Under the pieces are notes generated by a model. The model was not told where the DNA came from. It saw only the letters and a program-made list of their open reading frames with translations, and did no database searches. A stretch of 63,529 nucleotides of DNA, the filler included, from Lenisia limosa (taxonomy: Eukaryota; Protista; Breviatea), in the NCBI GenBank assembly GCA_001655205.1. It is 13 parts of 13 records of this genome, joined end to end, with 100 filler letters (N's around TTAATTAATTAA, not from the genome) between each part and the next. Parts side by side here need not be neighbours in the genome. Positions count along the whole stretch, not along the records: positions 54,149 to 61,979 come from LPNZ01008297.1; positions 62,080 to 63,529 come from LPNZ01003591.1; 11 more parts are not named here. One strand, given 5' to 3'. This document shows, piece after piece, positions 60,239-63,529 of this stretch. The position numbers and the translations under genes are program-made. How positions within the stretch are numbered: position 1 is the stretch's first letter; every line of letters begins with the position of its first letter.

Positions 60239-61927
60239 CCAGCTGGAACGTCCTGCCATGAACCGACCGGAGATGACGAGGTTGTCCCCAAGAAATTGTT
60301 CGACCAAGTGGGGGGGGGGGTCNNNNNNNNNNNNNNNNNNNNNNNNNNNNNNNNNNNNNNNNNNNNNNNNNNNNNNNNNNNNNNNNNNNNNNNNNNNNNN
60401 NNNNNNNNNNNNNNNNNNNNNNNNNNNNNNNNNNCTACTTGAACATAATGTAAATGTTCAGGTTTTGATGATTAATTTGCGGATAAATCCTATTTGCATC
60501 ATACACTTAAAATCCTATTTGATTCTACACTTAAAAGACCATTATTTTGAATTTCTCGTAATATTTGTGATGGTGTAATATATTTATTTATTTTTTGACA
60601 AGAGAAATAATATTCATTAGAAATCCTGGGAAACAAATAAATACATAGGGATACCAGAAGCAAATTACCATATTTCCGAGCTGTATATCACTCTAATTGA
60701 ACACTGTGTAACCCCCTCCCCCACCACGTTTTTTTTTTTATTGTTTAGGTGGTGACACGTCTCACTGAACTGGAATCCCATGTTCAACAAGTGTGGGGGT
60801 GTGTTTTTGCAGATACAGTATGTCTGATGAAGTAATTAAATACGCCATACTACTAGGGCTTCACGGTTCGAAAAAGACCGGTAAAAATCGATAGTTTTCG
60901 AAGAATTATCGAAAAATCCAGTCTTTTTTTGAACCGAAGTGAAACCCTAACCCCCACTTTCTTCACACTGAAGTTGAACCAAACGGTAGCCGACTCTTTG
61001 ATCCCTGGCTCTTTTATCAACCCCCTTTCAAGCTGCCAACAAGCTGCAGATGAGTACCTTGGTGGGTGGTGGTGGTTAATGAAAATCGTTTTAATCTGCT
61101 CTTTTTTTTATATTTATTGATGAAATAAACAGAAGAACAGATTTAATTTCAACTTAATAGATGGATAAAAGTAGTGAACTACAAAATCTGAATTTGTGAA
61201 TCACATGATTTAAACGAAGTCCAATATACATGTAGTACATGATATTTGTATGATACTATCTGAAAATCACTTCTTGTTCTTCATTGAAGCGAAGTCCAAG
61301 AATATATTCCCTTTGACACACCCTCATGTCCATCCTATTTAGTCGTGTTTTTATACTACATAAAATCACATAGAGTTTTATTGTCCTACTTTTCTTGTAT
61401 AAATAAACGTGCTAACCTTTATCAGGATCTGGAACCTACTACATTATAATCGAAAGCATTGTGAGTTCAGGGGAGACCTTTAAAGGACATAACACGGGCC
61501 AAAAAGATCATAATATCTCGGGCTCCGTGCAGTTAATTTTTTGAAGAAATTAATTGACAAAATTTGAAATTAAGTGTCAGAAATTGAGTTTACATTACAA
61601 TATGTCGCACTTCAAATTTGTATTATTTTTTCAATTAATTGCACGGAGCCCTCTTGCTTTGATTTGCGGATGTTAGTGTTTTCACTTGACCTCCCAATAA
61701 TTCCAGATATCAGCTTTCTTATTCTACTGATTTCTACATATCGTATTAGTAATGTTTCTCAAGTCAATTTTTTGTGATATCATCGTAAATTGATGCAGCA
61801 TACGGTAGATGCAACCAGTTAACAACACCGCAGGTGACCCAGGCCTATTGCGATGTATTGGATAACGAAGGCTGGACTTTAGTGATGAACTACTACCACA
61901 AAAGCGGAGTCCTAAACAAGGATAATG
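60239..61927 (+). CDS. Fibrinogen-like (YCDxxxxGW-type) domain protein, partial
   Basis: PGSFINPLSSCQQAAD|GSGTYYIIIESI|VTQAYCDVLDNEGWTLVMNYYHK follows the NP.SC..SG.Y.I..YCD...GWTLV signature. Confidence 0.75.
60855..60950. mobile_element. MITE family A copy
   Basis: TAGGGCTTCACGGTTCGAAAAAGACC..GTCTTTTTTTGAACCGAAGTGAAACCCTA. Confidence 0.9.
61519..61652. mobile_element. MITE family E (~135 bp); partial copy at 2600-2672
   Basis: GGGCTCCGTGCAGTTAATTTTTTGAA..TTTTTTCAATTAATTGCACGGAGCCC. Confidence 0.8.
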
Positions 61928-62129
61928 TGGTTTGTTGGGAGAACAAGAATAATTTGATTTGTTGGTGGTTTTTTTTTTTNNNNNNNNNNNNNNNNNNNNN
62001 NNNNNNNNNNNNNNNNNNNNNNNTTAATTAATTAANNNNNNNNNNNNNNNNNNNNNNNNNNNNNNNNNNNNNNNNNNNNAAAACGATAATATGACTTCAG
62101 ATACACGGTCTCAAAACAAAACAGGAAAG

Positions 62130-63400
62130 CGCGGATCTAAGGATGCTGACACCTCTTTGATCTTAGGGTTGCAGCCTACCAAGCTGGCGAAGGTCATGAG
62201 AATGTGGGGCGTGGAGAGGGCAAACAAGGTCTCAATGGCGGACACTGAGTTGGACCATTGCTGGGGGGTCAGGGATACACAATGAGCTCGGTTTAGGGAT
62301 CCTTTCGGTTTGGATAGCACAAGGTCTTTGTTTACAGGGATGAAGATCAAGATGGATGCCCCACCCCCAAGGAAAGCTGCGCAAACATAGAGGAATTAAG
62401 GTAATTAGCTAGGTATAGGCCTCACATTGAAAACTGCTCAGGGATACTAGAGCAATCACCATCACCATACATACCTCTTCGCTGAAGTTCTGGGCGTTGT
62501 ACTGGATCAAAACAAGCAGGCACTTGATAGCCAATTGCGCAACCCTGTCACGGGGCTACAACGTCAGACTGGACCCAGGAGAAAGTCTATGTAAATGCGT
62601 TCAAATACTAGTTCGGCTTATCTGGGGGTGCTTCCTTCATGGAAACGAAATAATACGAATTTAGATGGGAGTGCTAATAATTTCGATGACTGGAAAAAGG
62701 GAGGGCAAACAAACCTCTAGACACGCGGCGGTGATGATGTGGAGGGCAGNNNNNNNNNNNNNNNNNNNNNNNNNNNNNNNNNNNNNNNNNNNNNNNNNNN
62801 NNNNNNNNNNNNNNNNNNNNNNNNNNNNNNNNNNNNNNNNNNNNNNNNNNNNNNNNNNNNNNNNNNNNNNNNNNNNNNNNNNNNNNNNNNNNNNNNNNNN
62901 NNNNNNNNNNNNNNNNNNNNTACTATCGGGGGAGTAAGCAAATTGATGACACCCCACCTAGTCCCCTCAAGGCAAGTGACAGGCACTCAATCATGACGTC
63001 ATCAACTCCCGGGACCGCCTGAGGACCAAGGGGCGCATCGTTGGATTCTGTGGTGTCAAATGGGAATTCATGAAAGAAACTAAATAGTGGCATTGTCAAT
63101 AATGACGGCATGCAGCGGCGTCCGCGGTCGGAAGTGGCCACTTCGCGCCAGCGCTCAATTACACGCGGACATAAGAAAAGTTATCCCCATATATTCCACG
63201 TTTCAGCAAAATAAACAGATATGACAAAAATAATAATCCTAATGATTCATCAAGGGGCTACGACCACCCACCAAGAGTGAGTTTCTGCAGAGCCGGCGAC
63301 GGGTCTTGTGGAACGGGAGTGGAGGGCATGGAGGGCGGGATGGGTGTCGATAATGGGGTCTGAGGTCTGGTCCGGGTTAGCGTGCTCCAATCGCGTACTG
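62130..63400 (-). CDS. Unidentified helical protein fragment (contig 13)
   Basis: Exons VAQLAIKCLLVLIQYNAQNFSEE, QWSNSVSAIETLFALSTPHILMTFASL and HEFPFDTTESNDAPLGPQAVPGVDDVMI. Confidence 0.4.
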
Positions 63401-63529
63401 GTGGGAAGCTTTCATCCCCCAAATATATATGTGGGTCCTCAAAGCTCCGGACATCATTCAAAATTCCCTGACACATCAAAACTCCCGGACAGCTTGAAAT
63501 TGACACCTTGTATAGGCCATTGCTAGTGT

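Overview
Eukaryotic genomic DNA from an intron-rich organism with motile-cilium genes, probably a protist. It is not one locus: 13 contigs are joined by 100-bp artificial spacers (44 N + TTAATTAATTAA + 44 N), and many internal N gaps abut poly-G/poly-C runs. The ORF track is therefore mostly uninformative. I rebuilt genes by hand from GT-AG exons, so boundaries are approximate. Recognisable genes: a TEP1-like (DUF4062-type/NACHT) NTPase with an intron-containing pogo-like transposase remnant inside one of its introns; NOL8 head-to-head with ZMYND10; an animal-like DNase I with a hydrophobic tail; the last exon of an S10 carboxypeptidase; a very divergent dynein-motor fragment; a multi-C1q-like protein; DNAH10; an LRR+LRRcap protein; and a fibrinogen-like-domain protein. 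At least five small inverted-repeat (MITE-like) families are scattered throughout. The most striking observation is a ~150-nt repeat that forms the 3' end, including the acceptor AG, of introns in at least 9 unrelated genes. The 5' parts of those introns are unrelated, and some copies are stacked behind older acceptor-like ends. This resembles an introner-like but acceptor-only mobile cassette.
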